Translations under genes and position numbers: made by a program
Shown here: in pieces, positions 22,732 to 35,715 of the stretch
How the letters are laid out: the number at the start of each line of letters is the position of its first letter
Position numbering within the stretch: the first letter of the stretch is position 1
Assembly (NCBI GenBank): GCA_026026165.1
Contig: JAPEUD010000064.1
Location: forward strand, 1-64,000
Origin: Sarea resinae
Taxonomy: Eukaryota
DNA: 64,000 bases
Direction: 5' to 3'
Notes under the pieces: generated by a model
Database searches by the model: none
Told to the model about the DNA's origin: nothing
What the model saw: only the letters and a program-made list of their open reading frames with translations

Positions 22732-25538
22732 CTACTTCGCGTGTTTCTTTCCTGCCTTCTGCTCCTTCTTCTCAAAGTCCGCCCGTCTTTTTAGCAGAAG
22801 ACGGACTATTCCATCATGGTTTTGGGACTTTGCCTGCTGAAGTGCATCATTCAAACGTCTTCCGCCCGGATGAAGGTTGGCGCCATGTCGGAAGAGGAGC
22901 TGGGCAATTGCCGGGTGACCATGATTTAATGCTCTTTGAATTGCAGTCTTTCCTTCTTTATCCTTTGCATCAACATCAACATCCACATCCTTGGCGAGAA
23001 GCAGTTCCACGACTGCCTTGTAACCGTTTCGTGAAGCTGCAGCCAGCGCAGCCTCTTCAAGCGACCCACAGTTTAGATCAGCGTTTGCACCTTTATCGAG
23101 AAGCGCCTCGACAACTGCTGAATGGCCTTTCCTTGATGCATCATAAAGTGCAGTCCTTCCAGAACAATCCTGTGGATCCAAATGAGCATCATCATCAAGG
23201 AGGATGTGAACGACTCCCTCATGGCCATTGCCTGATGCGAACTGTAAGGCCGTCTCTCGCTTTCGATTGGGTGAATTGATACCAGCGCCATAACCAAGAA
23301 GGAGCTGTACCACTCTTTCATGCCATTTGCTGATGCTGCATGCAACGCGGTGTTTTTTTCAATATCCCTCGCTTTGACATTTGCACCGTCGATGAGAAGA
23401 AGTCGTACAACCTTGTTCTGGCCGCGGTAGGATGCCTCATAAAGCGCAGTCTGCCCATCTTTATCCTTCGCATTGATATCAACTTCCTCGTGGCAAAGAA
23501 GTTGTTTTACAATCGCATTATGGCCACCTCTCGAAGCCGAATGAAGCGCAGTACATCCGTACCTATCTCTGATATTGATATCGATACCAGCACAAAGAAG
23601 AAGTTCCACAATTGCTTGATGACCTTGTTGTGATGCAGCATGAAGCGCAGTCTCTCGAGCGTCAATGTCTGCATCAATGAGAGCACCGCATTTCAGCAGG
23701 ACCTCAACGACTGCCTCATAGCCCCCATCCGACGCAAAACGTAGAGCCCTACTAAGATATTGGTCATCAATAGTATGATTTTTACAGAGCATGCGCTTCA
23801 CCAAAGAAGCTTTGCCGTCGCGGGAAGCGGAAAGGAGTGCAACGCCAGTTGGCGTGCCGATAGAGCTTCTTTCGCTTGCAGGATCCGATGCACTGTCCCC
23901 ATCTCCATTTAGGGAAGTCTCCGTGTCATCTTGATCACCGTTGTCGGAAGCGTCTCGCTCTTCCCAGCTCTCTCCGGAAATTTGCTCGCCCGCAGAATCT
24001 GATTCATTCTCCCCATCTGTAGGACTGGAAATCCTAGTGCTCCCACGATCACCGTTGTCAGAGACGTTTCGCTCTTCCAGCGCCTGATATCGTTTACTTG
24101 TACGGCGTGGTTTGTTGTAACGATCTTCCTTGGAGAAAGTAACGGTGATGTCCTGATCACGGCTCTCCGAGGCGCCAAGCTTTGCGACAACTCCTGTCGG
24201 GGTGTGAAATGAAACTTTTCCGAGAGCTTCGGAGATGGAATCTATGGAATCAGATCGCATTCGCCCCCTTCTTTGTGATAAGGTATTCGCGCTTGATGGA
24301 GTACGTGGTGAATAGTCCACAGCCACGTTCTTATTCAAAAGGGCAAATTGTTGTAAATAGCGAAGGATTGCCGGCCGATAGGTATGAGTGGCCCAATCAG
24401 ATATGTAGTCAATGATGAGCAGAAGCTGCAATGCATTATTTTCGGATCTAATTGTGCCTTGCCACAATATGATACTTCGCTACTCGATGTTAGTGGCAAA
24501 TACTTTTGACCAACTCGGGGGGAAATCTGACCCGCATACATATTTCGCGTTATCAATGATGCTTCCATATACCCGCCATTGGTCACCTTTATAAGCCATG
24601 AACCACACCAAGGGGCCATCATTTGCACCGATGGCGCATCCTGAGGATTCTTGCAAATTCTTTTGTAGATCCAGTAAAGCGCGGATCGGGAAAGCCGTTT
24701 GGTTCTCAGCATAAAGGAAGTCCATGTTGGCCGCCGCACATTTTGCTTCGATGACGAGAAAAGGAAAAGAAAGCTCAGGCGGTCTGAACGGACTATGGCT
24801 GAGTCCCCCTTTAGGAAGAACCTTCTGGAGCGATTCATTATGGACGAGGCTGTAGACACGATCCGGTTTCTTCGCAGTCTTTTCATGAAACGCAGCATCC
24901 CCAAGATCTAGAAAAATTTTCTTTTCATTCATACCATAGAAAAGCATTTCCGGTGAACCTTTTCTACACAAAGGGTTACCAGAGACGTCTCGATCCGAAG
25001 CAAGCGTTATACACGAACAGTTTTCCTTCGCAGCCTCCATGACAGATTTTCTTCTTCTCGCACCTTTTCTGGAGTCCCTTGGCAGAATCTGGCTCGGGGA
25101 TTGCTGCATGAAACTCCGAGACCCATCTTGGGTGACCGCATTTTTTACTTGATGTGGTTAATTCCATCACTTTCTGAGACTCGAGAAGCCTTACCAATAG
25201 ACAAGGTTATCAAGGTGCAAAAAAACCTCAGGCTCTATGGCTGTTCTTAATGTACTTTCGTTTGCTCCCAACTTGTATTGCTGATCCGAGACCTGTGAGA
25301 GTTCTTCCGCCCGTCTTTTCAATTCAGATTTAAATTTCGAAGGTACGCTTTTCACCTGACCCTTCCATTTCGTCTCGGTGCCATATTCGTCAAAGGTCAC
25401 CTTCGCAATATTCAGGACTTCGCGAACAGTGTGCCGGTGCTGATCAGGCCAATTCTCCAGAGGTACTTGGCGTTCAAAGTGGATATTGTGCTCTTGAATG
25501 AGCTGATTGAGTTGATCCGCTTGGTATTTGGGAGACAT
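22732..25538 (-). pseudogene. PD-(D/E)XK-like N-terminal domain plus about 10 ankyrin repeats, with a one-base frameshift near 23322 (pseudogene or sequencing error); inferred introns approx. 25149-25194, 24964-25017, 24480-24539
   Basis: The N-terminal part reads KKPDRVYSL...FPFLVIEAK...ENQTAFPIRALLDLQ...PLVWF...WRVY. Repeated TALHAAS..GH..IV.LLL ankyrin units are split across ORFs 23073-24467 and 22732-23313. Confidence 0.75.
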
Positions 25539-26953
25539 GGCCGGAATATTTCACCGCAATTGCGAAGTGAAATGCCACCGCAGCTGTGGCTATATTTGCA
25601 CTGGAGTGCTCTTAACTGAAGGGAGTGTATCAGGGTGCTGAGGTTAGCCGTAAGCCACTTGATCTGTTGCAAGAGGTGAGCGAGGCACCATCAAAGCAGA
25701 AGCAGGACCCACTCTGCCAGGGTCATAACGTCCTTCCTTTTGAGGACTTTCCCCACAATGCGACTTTTGCGATAGAGAGGCTGCACAATTGATTTGACGA
25801 AGATAGCTGTGCCGCAAAGGCACGCACGACATGGGCCGAGATCAGCCAGTTATAAGCGATTGAGCTGATAACCAGGCTGCACCTCGAGATTACTTTTGGA
25901 ACTTGAATTCAAGGCTGAGCCTGAACACTGAGCACGAGAGGAGCTCTAAAGAAAGCGGACCTAGCATTTCATGGCTCAAAGGCATGGCCGGCTACTTCTC
26001 CAAGACGATCCAATATCAGATGTACCGAAGTCCAGATAACCCTCCGGTCCGCCGCAAGAAGCGCAATCCTTGCCATTCTGGACACTTCTCACTGTCAAGA
26101 AGACTGTACTTCTAGTACCCCTTCACAGCGAAAACCACGTTGGCCGCATCGGTATCCCAGAGCCGAGAATCAGAAACAGGCCATTCCACAAACTGGCAAT
26201 ATAGTAGTGCAGCCGAAAATGTTCATATTTCAAGAAGCAGATAGGAAGATCGAGAAAGTGTGAGAGTATAGCAGAGTAAACAACGAGCCGCGTGGAGTTG
26301 CCGATAATAGCGGGCCTGATTTCCTTGAGTTCTATCTACTATTTGAGCAGCAGAAAGCTTCGACTGCTTTGCGATAGAATGGTGAGAAGCTGGTGAATAA
26401 ATTCTGGGGTGAAGAAAATTGTGGAGGAATAAATGGTGGGTAGTAGGTTGCTGTGGGTTGAGATGAGATGAGGTGAGGTTGGTAGGTGGTCGCGTGCAGT
26501 TCGAGGTAAGGCGCCACGCGCGCCAACTGGAAGTGAGGTGAGGTAAGATGGGGAACTTAAGCGCGGGTCTAGTAGATCGCAAGAGCTGGAGCGCATCTTC
26601 TAGCTGCACATTAGGTAGTTAAGAGATATTGGAGATAATAATAGGAAGCTCTAGGACTTACCGGATCGGTAAAGTACCTAGATACGTAAACGATTGACTT
26701 GCGTCATAAGAAGGCTGATGATAATGAGCATCAATCATCTTCCACATTGAGCCTAATCGGTTGATTTAATCTAGATACAGAGAAGCGAAGAAATAAGGAA
26801 AAAGACACAATGAAACGACCTGCTCGCAATGTGTCCACGTTTAGGAAGAGACTATGTAACGATAGAAGTGAAAAGGAAAGACTCCTCATGCGCGCCAAAA
26901 CCCAATCGCTCACTTGATATGGACTAGCCAAGACGAAATGAACTGATTGGGAC

Positions 26954-28714
26954 TCAACGCCCAGATCCGACCTGGTGATGGCGGAGATGCTGCCAGTGAC
27001 GCTTGTGGCGGCGAGCATAGGCAGACTCTGTGACACCGGCCTCGGAGACTGAAGTCGTCGCAGAAGCTGTTACGGTTACTTCCTCTTCAACCACCGCGAC
27101 ATGATATACGGCTTGTCCGGAGGTATAGACAGTTGTGCTCGCAGCACCTTCCGAAGACACAACCGCGGAAGCAGGCGCTGATGTTACAGCTGGAGTGGTT
27201 GCCGCCACAGAAGCCGAAGAACCGCCGGAGACCTTGCCTTCTGCGTATACCCCGCCGAGCGAACCAGCATCAGTGCTTGCACCTGATGAAGCAGCGGAGT
27301 AACTCGCAGACAAAGTTGCACTTGTAGCAGAGGAGGTTGGAGCAGAGGAAGCGGAAGACGCAATGGCCGTTGCGGAGCCTGAATTCGGCTTTGTCGCAGG
27401 AGCAGGGCCAGATTGGACAGCGACTAGCATATGCATTAGTATTGCATCATACTTAGAATGGTTTCTATAATGAAGACAAGCTTACCTCCTCCTGGAAGTC
27501 CGCTCATAGGTCCGGTGGTATTTTCGTTGGCGAGTTCAGAGGGCATCGGGAAGGAACAGGTTTCGGACTTGAGATCAAAGACTGGACAGTCCTGAACCTC
27601 TCCAGATAGGTCGAGGCAGTTGTCAACCGCATTTTGCAAGACACTCGGTTCCCAACCAGACATGAAATCACCGTGATAACCAAATCCTGTCACACTTTAG
27701 ATGATAGCTGAACGGCAAGAGCATGAAAACTCACCTGTCGGGTCGCCATTGGCGAGGACGAACTGACCGTCTTTGCCCACAAACTTATCCGTCGAAATAA
27801 TCGTCTCAAAGAACAGTGATGGGAGCCTCACGCCAAAGCCAGTTGGGCAATCACCGTTCATGACTAGATTCGGGTATGCGACATGATCGCGATGATTGGG
27901 GGAATCCAGATCCTTGCCGTTCCAGCAGCTGGGAAACATAAGCTCAAAGCGAACTCCATCGACACAGTTGGCGTCCAGGTATTCCTTGTCAGGAAGAAAA
28001 TGGCGTCCCAAAGATGACTCCGGGGCCTTCGAATAGTCCAGACAATTGAATCCAATCGCCCTCTGCATTAGATCAGTTTGCACTGCTTCGTCTGCCGTAG
28101 GCCACTTAGATTGAGGAAGGGTCGTGTCTATGCTCATGTTGCGGCGATCAGTGTCCCCAGCCAGCATTTTGAACCCAGCAGGGAAGGCCGTAATATGATC
28201 CGAATCGTTTGCTTTGTTCAAGAAGTAGTACCTGGTATCATTAGCAGCGCTCATCTGATAAAAATGAACGAGTTTGATTCAGCTTACGCAAGAAATCCAG
28301 ACACTTCTGGAACCAACTCGGTCTGTCCATCAGAGCCCATGAAGTACAAGGCAGGAGTCCAGTAGGCGGACTTGTCTTGCGCAACATCACACGAGGTGCA
28401 ATTGCCCGCCATCAAATCATCATAGGTGCTAGACATTCCAAAGGCTAGGAACAGATGTTGTTAGATTATGACAAAAGTGAGAAGGACGAAAACAGATAAA
28501 ACAGATTGCTCTGCACAATCTGATGATAGGTAGACTTACTGTCGGGCCCTTTGATGCTGTGGACGTGAGTGCCAAGCTCCCCTGGATTGACCAACGGGTC
28601 AATTTGCGCTGTGCCAGCGATATTGTAGCAAGGGAGACGCCAGAAAGCGTCTGCGCCGTGGATTAGAATGCCTGTGAAGACAGCGATCACAACGTTGAAG
28701 TAGGTGGAAGCCAT
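26954..28714 (-). CDS. Secreted DUF1996-domain protein with Ser/Ala-rich tail (5 exons)
   Basis: Signal peptide followed by AFWRLPC, IDPLVNPG, DKSAYWTPALY, FPAGFKMLAGD, FPSCWNGKDLDSPNHRDHVAYP and GYHGDFMSGW. Confidence 0.9.
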
Positions 28715-31294
28715 AGTAGCAGTTCAATCCAGGTCGATGTGGGGTGAGATCAAAGTGTGGCGTACGGAGTCCAGAGCACTTTGTGATCGTAGCGTGTTAA
28801 TACGCAGTCTTTCGAGGACGTTTGCGAACGAAGGTTGATAGAATTATCGATTGCACTCAGCGTACCGGCTTATCGATTTAGAAGACGTTGAAGGAATTCG
28901 TGTTGATTTGGTAGCCGCCAAAGGTAAGTGAGTGAGGAATGGTGATGTTAAGGTGACGGAAAAGCTATCCTCCAGTGATGGTTTGAAAAGGAATATCACG
29001 CCTAAGCTGTAGACAAAGTGTCGAAAACGATTGCACTTGTATACCTCTTTGGCAAGACGCGGCCGTGAATGTTCGTGTCCACAAGGACACTTATTTTACT
29101 CGAGCACACAAAACTCCCTGTCCAGCAGCGAGTCCTTGATAGCCCGGAAGAAAAATTCTATTGAAGCATACAACGACCTCTCGAATCTCTCAAATCCGTT
29201 TTCGCAAACGATTGCTGTTTCCAGTACGTTGATTGATATCCAAACTCTTTCCCTGAGGCCAAAGACGTCGATCTGGTTGTTTTCCACGATAATGACGATA
29301 TATGTGACGAAAAGAATGTAACGAAGCTCTTGGCTCTGTGATTTGGAAGGAGTGACTTGGTTCAATGTGTAAAAGAAGGACGACGATACACACAAAAAAC
29401 ACGAAGATGCAAAGCAGAAGGAGGTCAGGTAGAGAAGAGAGAAGAGGAAGGAGAAGAGTACGAGTAGTGGAGGAGAGGAGAGGGAATGAAGGGATGTCCA
29501 CAAGCTAGGGGTTCCGGCATCATCTCAGACGAGTTGCCTAGTCTTCTAGCTGAGACGAGGGAGCTCCCGATCCTCCGAGAGAGGGGAAGAGATAATAATC
29601 CGGTGGAATTCTCTGGGCGGGGATGGTTGCAAGTGCGGTCAACGGTCTTCCGACACCATCACTACGGGCAAAGGCGATCATCTCGAAGCCATGCGAAGAC
29701 GCAGCACTGACTGGCCACGAGCTGGGGGCCAAGGACATTCAGGGTCCGCTCAGTGTGGCCGACCAATTGATAGTGCACTTACCTTGAGTGTCCCTGACCC
29801 TGATGTGCATTACTATTGATCCCATTCGACGCCATATATCTCAGGTAGGACGGGGAGACGTTCCGGCTGTTCTGTGAACGTCCTGTCACTGATTTTTCCT
29901 GAAAGAAAGTGAAACGTCGGGCTGCCACCAGTCGGGAAACTTGTATGCACCGGAAGTTTCGCCTTGAGCTCACCTTGCATGCAGCTTGCAGGTCATTAAC
30001 AGGGTCTAGCCATCCCTGTCGCGCCCTACCTGAATGAGTCCCCACATCTCATCCGTGGATGGATGATCTTGAGCGATCTTTTGCCAATTGAGTGAGTATT
30101 AACAGGCCATGGACCATGGCCACGACAGCGATTGATATTGCAGAGAGCGATCTTTTCTCATCATCGTAAAGACGAACGCCAGTCCCGCGTTGCTGGCCCA
30201 ATCCACGCATCAAAGACCTTCTCGGGGCTTGGAGAAGATGTGGGGGGGGGAAGGGGAAATGAGACAGGGGAAGATAACCGTACTGTACCATGTCTGACCT
30301 TCTGCGTGACCTGGTACAATGTGGTATCGTTCTCGTACATTCCCGAATCCAGTGCCAAGGCAATTGCTGGGTCGGCTAAAAGGCTTGATCTTTTGCCCCT
30401 GAAGTATCTATGATGATATATCCAGGGATCATTCGGTGTGGTAAGGAAGTCGGGACCTTAGCGTACCAATTTACAGGGAGTGCGAATACCGCGCAACAGA
30501 TCCGACCACGATAATAATACAGCACAATACTCGAGTACTCGAGCATCAATCAGTCCTGACTGCTGTGTACTCTATCATATGGTTGAACACTGCGATAACA
30601 CTGCGGTAGGAACATGAGCCTCCATCTCCGCATAGTACTCCGTAGTAGAGTAGTCCACGTCTACCAACCTAGTAAGTCAAGCTTCGAATGATTCTTCGGT
30701 CGCAGCCGGCCAATCTCGCCTCTGTCCTCCTAGCGTAAGCAAAGCTTTATGGAGATGATCATCCTTATTCCCCGAACGATACTCGTAGTCTCGCGACGCA
30801 ATTGAAGTGCTTTATTATCGAAATATCATCGAGCCGGGATGTTGCTATTTGGCCTCGTCATCGACCGTTGGGCTCCCTTGCGACACTCAAAAGGTAAGGT
30901 ATCAAACCGCATTCCCTCTGAGGGTACCGAGACGACCACTCTTTTCCCACCTTAGCTTTCGTTGTCGACCGGATGTTTGATCGAGGACAACTTCCCCTTC
31001 TCGGCAAAAAGATGTTAGTCGCATGGCATTGAAAGGAGAGCTAGAACCATCAAATATCCACGATAATCGTTTGCTACCATTGTTCGTGCTGCTTCGCGAG
31101 ATCCAATGTTACCAATGTTGTACTGAAGTACAGCCGTTATCAACCGGCATAGACAGGTAGCCTATACCCAACGCCCTCAAGTCCACAGGACCGAAAAGAA
31201 TAGTATACAACGCTCCAGCAAAAGCCATGGTTCCACTAAGATTCAAAGCCATGAAAACGCCGCGAAATGCTAGATATTGACAAGAGAAACTCGC

Positions 31295-32607
31295 TCAGCT
31301 CAAGAATTGGTCCTCAAACACTGTCTCCCCTTTGAGCAGACCCTCGACGTTCATCCTCGCGCTCCACTGTACATTTTCAGTATATCCCTTCTCTCGAACT
31401 CCAGTGGCGCCATCATTAATATCGCTATCTTTACTAACAGGCCCTGGAGGGCGATGGTGACTGAAGAGCTGCGGCTGCGATGTGAGACACGTGTGTCGGT
31501 CGCAAAAGTTCGCCATGATGTTGTCGAAGGCACCACGCATTTCCTTGACAGAGAGCTCGTAAAGTATTTCCCGGGCGCCGGCCTGAGTTACTGCATACCC
31601 AAAAGTACAGATTGGGCCCATGGCATGGTGTACGATTCGAGTCTTGTTGACGTATTTTGTGCGAAATTCCTCCGATAAAGACACAATGTGATCGGATCCA
31701 GGCACGGTATCATCATTTAGGATAAGATATCGACCCTTGGGAATGTTCTGTGAGGGCGCTGGGAAACGAACACCGCAATGTCCAAGCCAGAGAACATCCC
31801 AATTGTCTCCATATGGTGATATTGAAGGAGGCTGGGTGGCGGCGGACTTGTCATCGAGTTCATGATCAAGGGCCTTGATATTCGAATCCGAATCTCGCGA
31901 TTGGAAAGTAGGGTCGGCGAACGTGTTGCTGCCTTTCAATGGCTGGACTAGAGCCCGAGAACCTCGGGCGAAGTCAAGAAGCTGAGACTTGAGCCGGACA
32001 TCCCAATCCACGTCATCTTCAAGAATAAGGGCCGAACTCAGGTTCTGGGAGACAACGCTGCAAGCATTCGATAAGTAGGTGCGGTGAGTCATATAGAAGT
32101 CGAAGGATCAAGGTGCGTACGCTTGAATGGCGTTCATATGAGCGCGCCAGCTCCCGAGGTTGCCATTTCCCATAAGCTCTCGATTGGCCCCCAAAGGCAA
32201 AGCTTTGTCGGGTATATCTTTGCCCCATATGCCATCAATCCAGTCCAGGTGTATATTTGTTAAGCCCGAAATGAGGGTCAAGGCATCGCGATGATCGGTG
32301 CGCTCAGGTAGATTTACTACCAGTATTTTTCCGAACTATATCTTACGTTAATCCATGGTCATTCCAGAAGAGAAAGTTAACTCACGCCCAATGTTGCATT
32401 GTTGATGGTCTCTTCAAAACGGGTTGATTTAGGCCCACCGGTGCTGTATGTGCCACTGGTCTCCCGTGAAGGGAAGTGAAGTTCGACAGAGCTGCCTTCA
32501 CCGTGGTAATACCATTCAAATGAAACGATCAAGAAAAGGAGGACACAACCAACCGCAGCAAAGAGAAGAAGCGGCGGCGGGCCCTGCATTAGGCGCTGCC
32601 CACGCAT
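31295..32607 (-). CDS. Glycosyltransferase family 25-like type II membrane protein (3 exons)
   Basis: N-terminal transmembrane anchor, VVNLPERTDHRDA, GSWRAHMNAI, ALILEDDVDWD and WDVLWLGHCG. Confidence 0.85.
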
Positions 32608-33607
32608 GGTAAGTATTGCATGAAGTCTAACAGAGAATTGATGGAAGAGAAAGGGCTCTCCAAAGGGCGTACTCCGTGTGGGAGCACCGTGGGGGTAGAA
32701 GCCGTGCAGTAGTAGAACGGGTAGAGGACTGGTGATATCAGAGATGCTCAGAGCCAAGACGGGCTCATCTCAACCAAAGCGATCGACGGGAGGAGGACTG
32801 TGGCAAATATGGAAAAACAGGTGCAAAACTGACGCCGTCAGCAAGGCCAGCGGGTGCTTTGTGATTAGAGCGGTCTGCATACTTTTTTGCCATTGTTGCA
32901 CAGACAGCAGTGTGAACGGCATATGGAGCAGGTTAGGTAGGTTGCGCACGGATTCACAACCCGAATGGTGGTGGAAATCGTCGCACAAGTACGATACGTA
33001 CTACCTAGATAGGCAGTATGCTATCTCCGATCCATGCGCAATGCATTTGCTACTCTGGCATTTCCATGTTCTCACGGTGTATTAGCATTAGCCCCGTTCT
33101 GCGTGGCGAGCAAAGGTACGGAGAAAGGGGGAATTATTATCGTCGTCTTACAGATATAGAAATGATCGATGTTCAATTACCTTCAGGACGCATGGATACT
33201 CGAGAGTGAATGCTGATCATGGTGTAGCCGATCTTCTCTTCCGAGGATGTCGAATCACGATCCAATGGATCCCGAGTACCGTTGCTTACCTACGCGTAGC
33301 AAGATATTGGATGCTCTGAGTACTGCATACATACCTCGCAGTAGCACGTAGGTACAGAGTATAGACATCCTCCATACAAAGGTACTAGATTCAAATCTTC
33401 TGTAGATGTATTTATACCGTTGCCGGCTTACAGTGGCTCGAGCTTCTACTCCGTACTCCGTAGAAATTCCGCTGGAAACCGTCGCTTCTGTACGGGGAGA
33501 TGGTAGAGTATCATTGTGCTTTTACTCTTGATACTCTAGCTCAACATGATCAAAGCCAGCACCTGGCAATAGATAAAACAGCTGGCAGCCTCTACGTGAG
33601 CTCGAGT

Positions 33608-34517
33608 ATGAACGAGGACCTTGAAAATGAATTCGAGGCCATCAACTCCATCTATGGAGATTCGACGCTCCAAAAAACTGGCGAGAACCACATCTATGCT
33701 CTGCATATCCCAGACCATTCGATAGTTGTGCGTCTTGAGTTTCCGCCCGACTACCCGGATGCCCCTCCCGCCGTCTTAGGAACGCAAACTTCTGGTGACG
33801 GAACAAAGAAGGGAGACGCTACACACGTTGTCCATCTCGTGAGAGAAGTTCTCGGGAGGGTTTATCGGCCCGGAGAAGTTTGCTTGTTTGACTTGTTGGA
33901 AGAAGTGACATCTATATTGGCCGCGCAGGATAAAGAGGATGCGAGCCTTCAAGAAAATAATGGGGACAGATACGGTCAGTCCCATGAAATTGACAGGCTT
34001 TTGGAGGATGACGATGCGAGCACGCCCGAAACAAGTGTTGATGAAGAACCGCCATGGATACTTTCCGAAGTGATGTCAGAGAAAAAATCCGTCTTCATCG
34101 CTCACTGCGCTCCCGTCGAGTCTCCTACGCAGGCGAAACAATATCTCAACCATCTGCTAGCCAACGATAAGAAAGTGGCTAAAGCTTCGCACAATATGAC
34201 GGCCTGGAGAATCAAGGGCGAGAACGAAGTGATCTTTCAAGACTGCGATGACGACGGAGAAACGGCTGCTGGTGGGAGGCTATTACATCTCATGCAATTG
34301 ATGGATATTTGGGGAGTTATGGTGGTGGTGAGTAGGTGGTATGGAGGTACTCATTTGGGTCCGGACAGGTAGGTGAAAGTCCGACGTATATTGTAGCCAT
34401 CCTGACTTGTGTAGATTTCGCATCATCAACTCTGTTGCCCGAGATGCTTTTGTGAGAGGGGGCTATGTCAAAGAGCACGGCACGGCTTCTGGTGGAAAGA
34501 AGAAGGGCAAGAAATAG
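33608..34517 (+). CDS. YIH1: IMPACT/Yih1 (RWD plus UPF0029 domains), Gcn2 regulator; intron 34369-34414
   Basis: Motifs EFEAINSIYG, FPPDYP, EKKSVF, ASHNMTAWRI, DCDDDGETAAGGRLL and VSRWYGGTHLGPDRFRII. Confidence 0.93.
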
Positions 34518-35459
34518 TCACTTCTGAGCTATGCCACGTGGATAAGCTGCTGCTCAAAACCACTTACCTGCACCGCTCAGAGAAGATTCTGTTCTGTCGG
34601 GGTGGTCCAGCACTACCATTGGAATACACTCCTCGAGCATGAGTCCGGCAGAAGCCTGTCTTCGTGTGAGGCTCTGGGGTTGGTATGCAGACACCGCCTC
34701 GGACGCGAAGTATCCAAAAGAAGCTCAGCTCCGGCGAAGGTATATCATCGACCAGCGTTGAGGTATCTCCAGATCCTCACACGGGATGCTATCATCTTAG
34801 CATCAGAGGCTCATTGAGTCTAGGCAAGCTCTTTGAAAGGACTTCTCAACCAAAGCTGTGGCCAGTCTACAGAATCGCCTCTCCGCTCTCCACTTGAAAT
34901 TACCGACTCACATTGGCCCGTCGCAGAGGTTGTCAGGCCGCATTCTTGGCACATGAGGTATACACGTAAGCCTGAATAGCAAGGTTGTATTGTTTAACGA
35001 GCAACCAGTAGAATAGACGTTTGACTGTAGCCCTGAGGCTATCTCATCCAGAGCTTATTGCGTACTGGGCCGTAAATTGACTCGTATCCCGCAGGCCCAG
35101 CGAATCTCGCCCTTCCGAGTGTAAGCTCTGCTGTTTGTGAGTACTATGTAAGAGGCTGCACCACTTTATGGGAGAATGTTTGCTGTGACCTGTGAAATTC
35201 AGCGCCCCTTGCAGCCTTGCCCATAAGGCTTGTGATTTACACGAGACTCTAAAGATGGCGCGATCGGGCTACCTTGCGCTACCGATTCTCGAGCTGTCAA
35301 CCCCAGCGAACAGCATTAAGCTATCGCTCGACGGGATGCCTCTTGCTCACTTGGCCCCGATAGCGGCGTATTCACCATCGTTGGTCCATGGATCAAGGGC
35401 CCACAGCGGCACGATAGAAGAATAGAAGTGTTGCGATGCGCTTCCCATTCCATTCTCCG

Positions 35460-35612
35460 ACTTTATCTACTTCGCAAATAGCCGGCGTTCTTGTGTTCTT
35501 GTCTTGCTCCCGTTAGGCGCTAGCATCTCTTCGATCTCTTATCTGAATGGCGTAATTTTGCGTGGGAACGGCGCAATGGAAAACGTGGGCGCAACATTAC
35601 TCGCATGACTCA
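35460..35612 (+). promoter_or_regulatory. Candidate GATA (AreA) sites and a Gcn4/CpcA site upstream of the MFS transporter
   Basis: TTATCT near 35463 and 35539, and TGACTCA at 35606-35612. These are short motifs, so function is inferred only. Confidence 0.35.
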
Positions 35613-35715
35613 ATATCAGCATCTGTACTATCATATTAATTCGCCATGCGTCCATCACGTTCTCAATGTCTATCAGCCACTCGGATTTCTTCGTCTGCTA
35701 TTGTATGCCAGCAGC

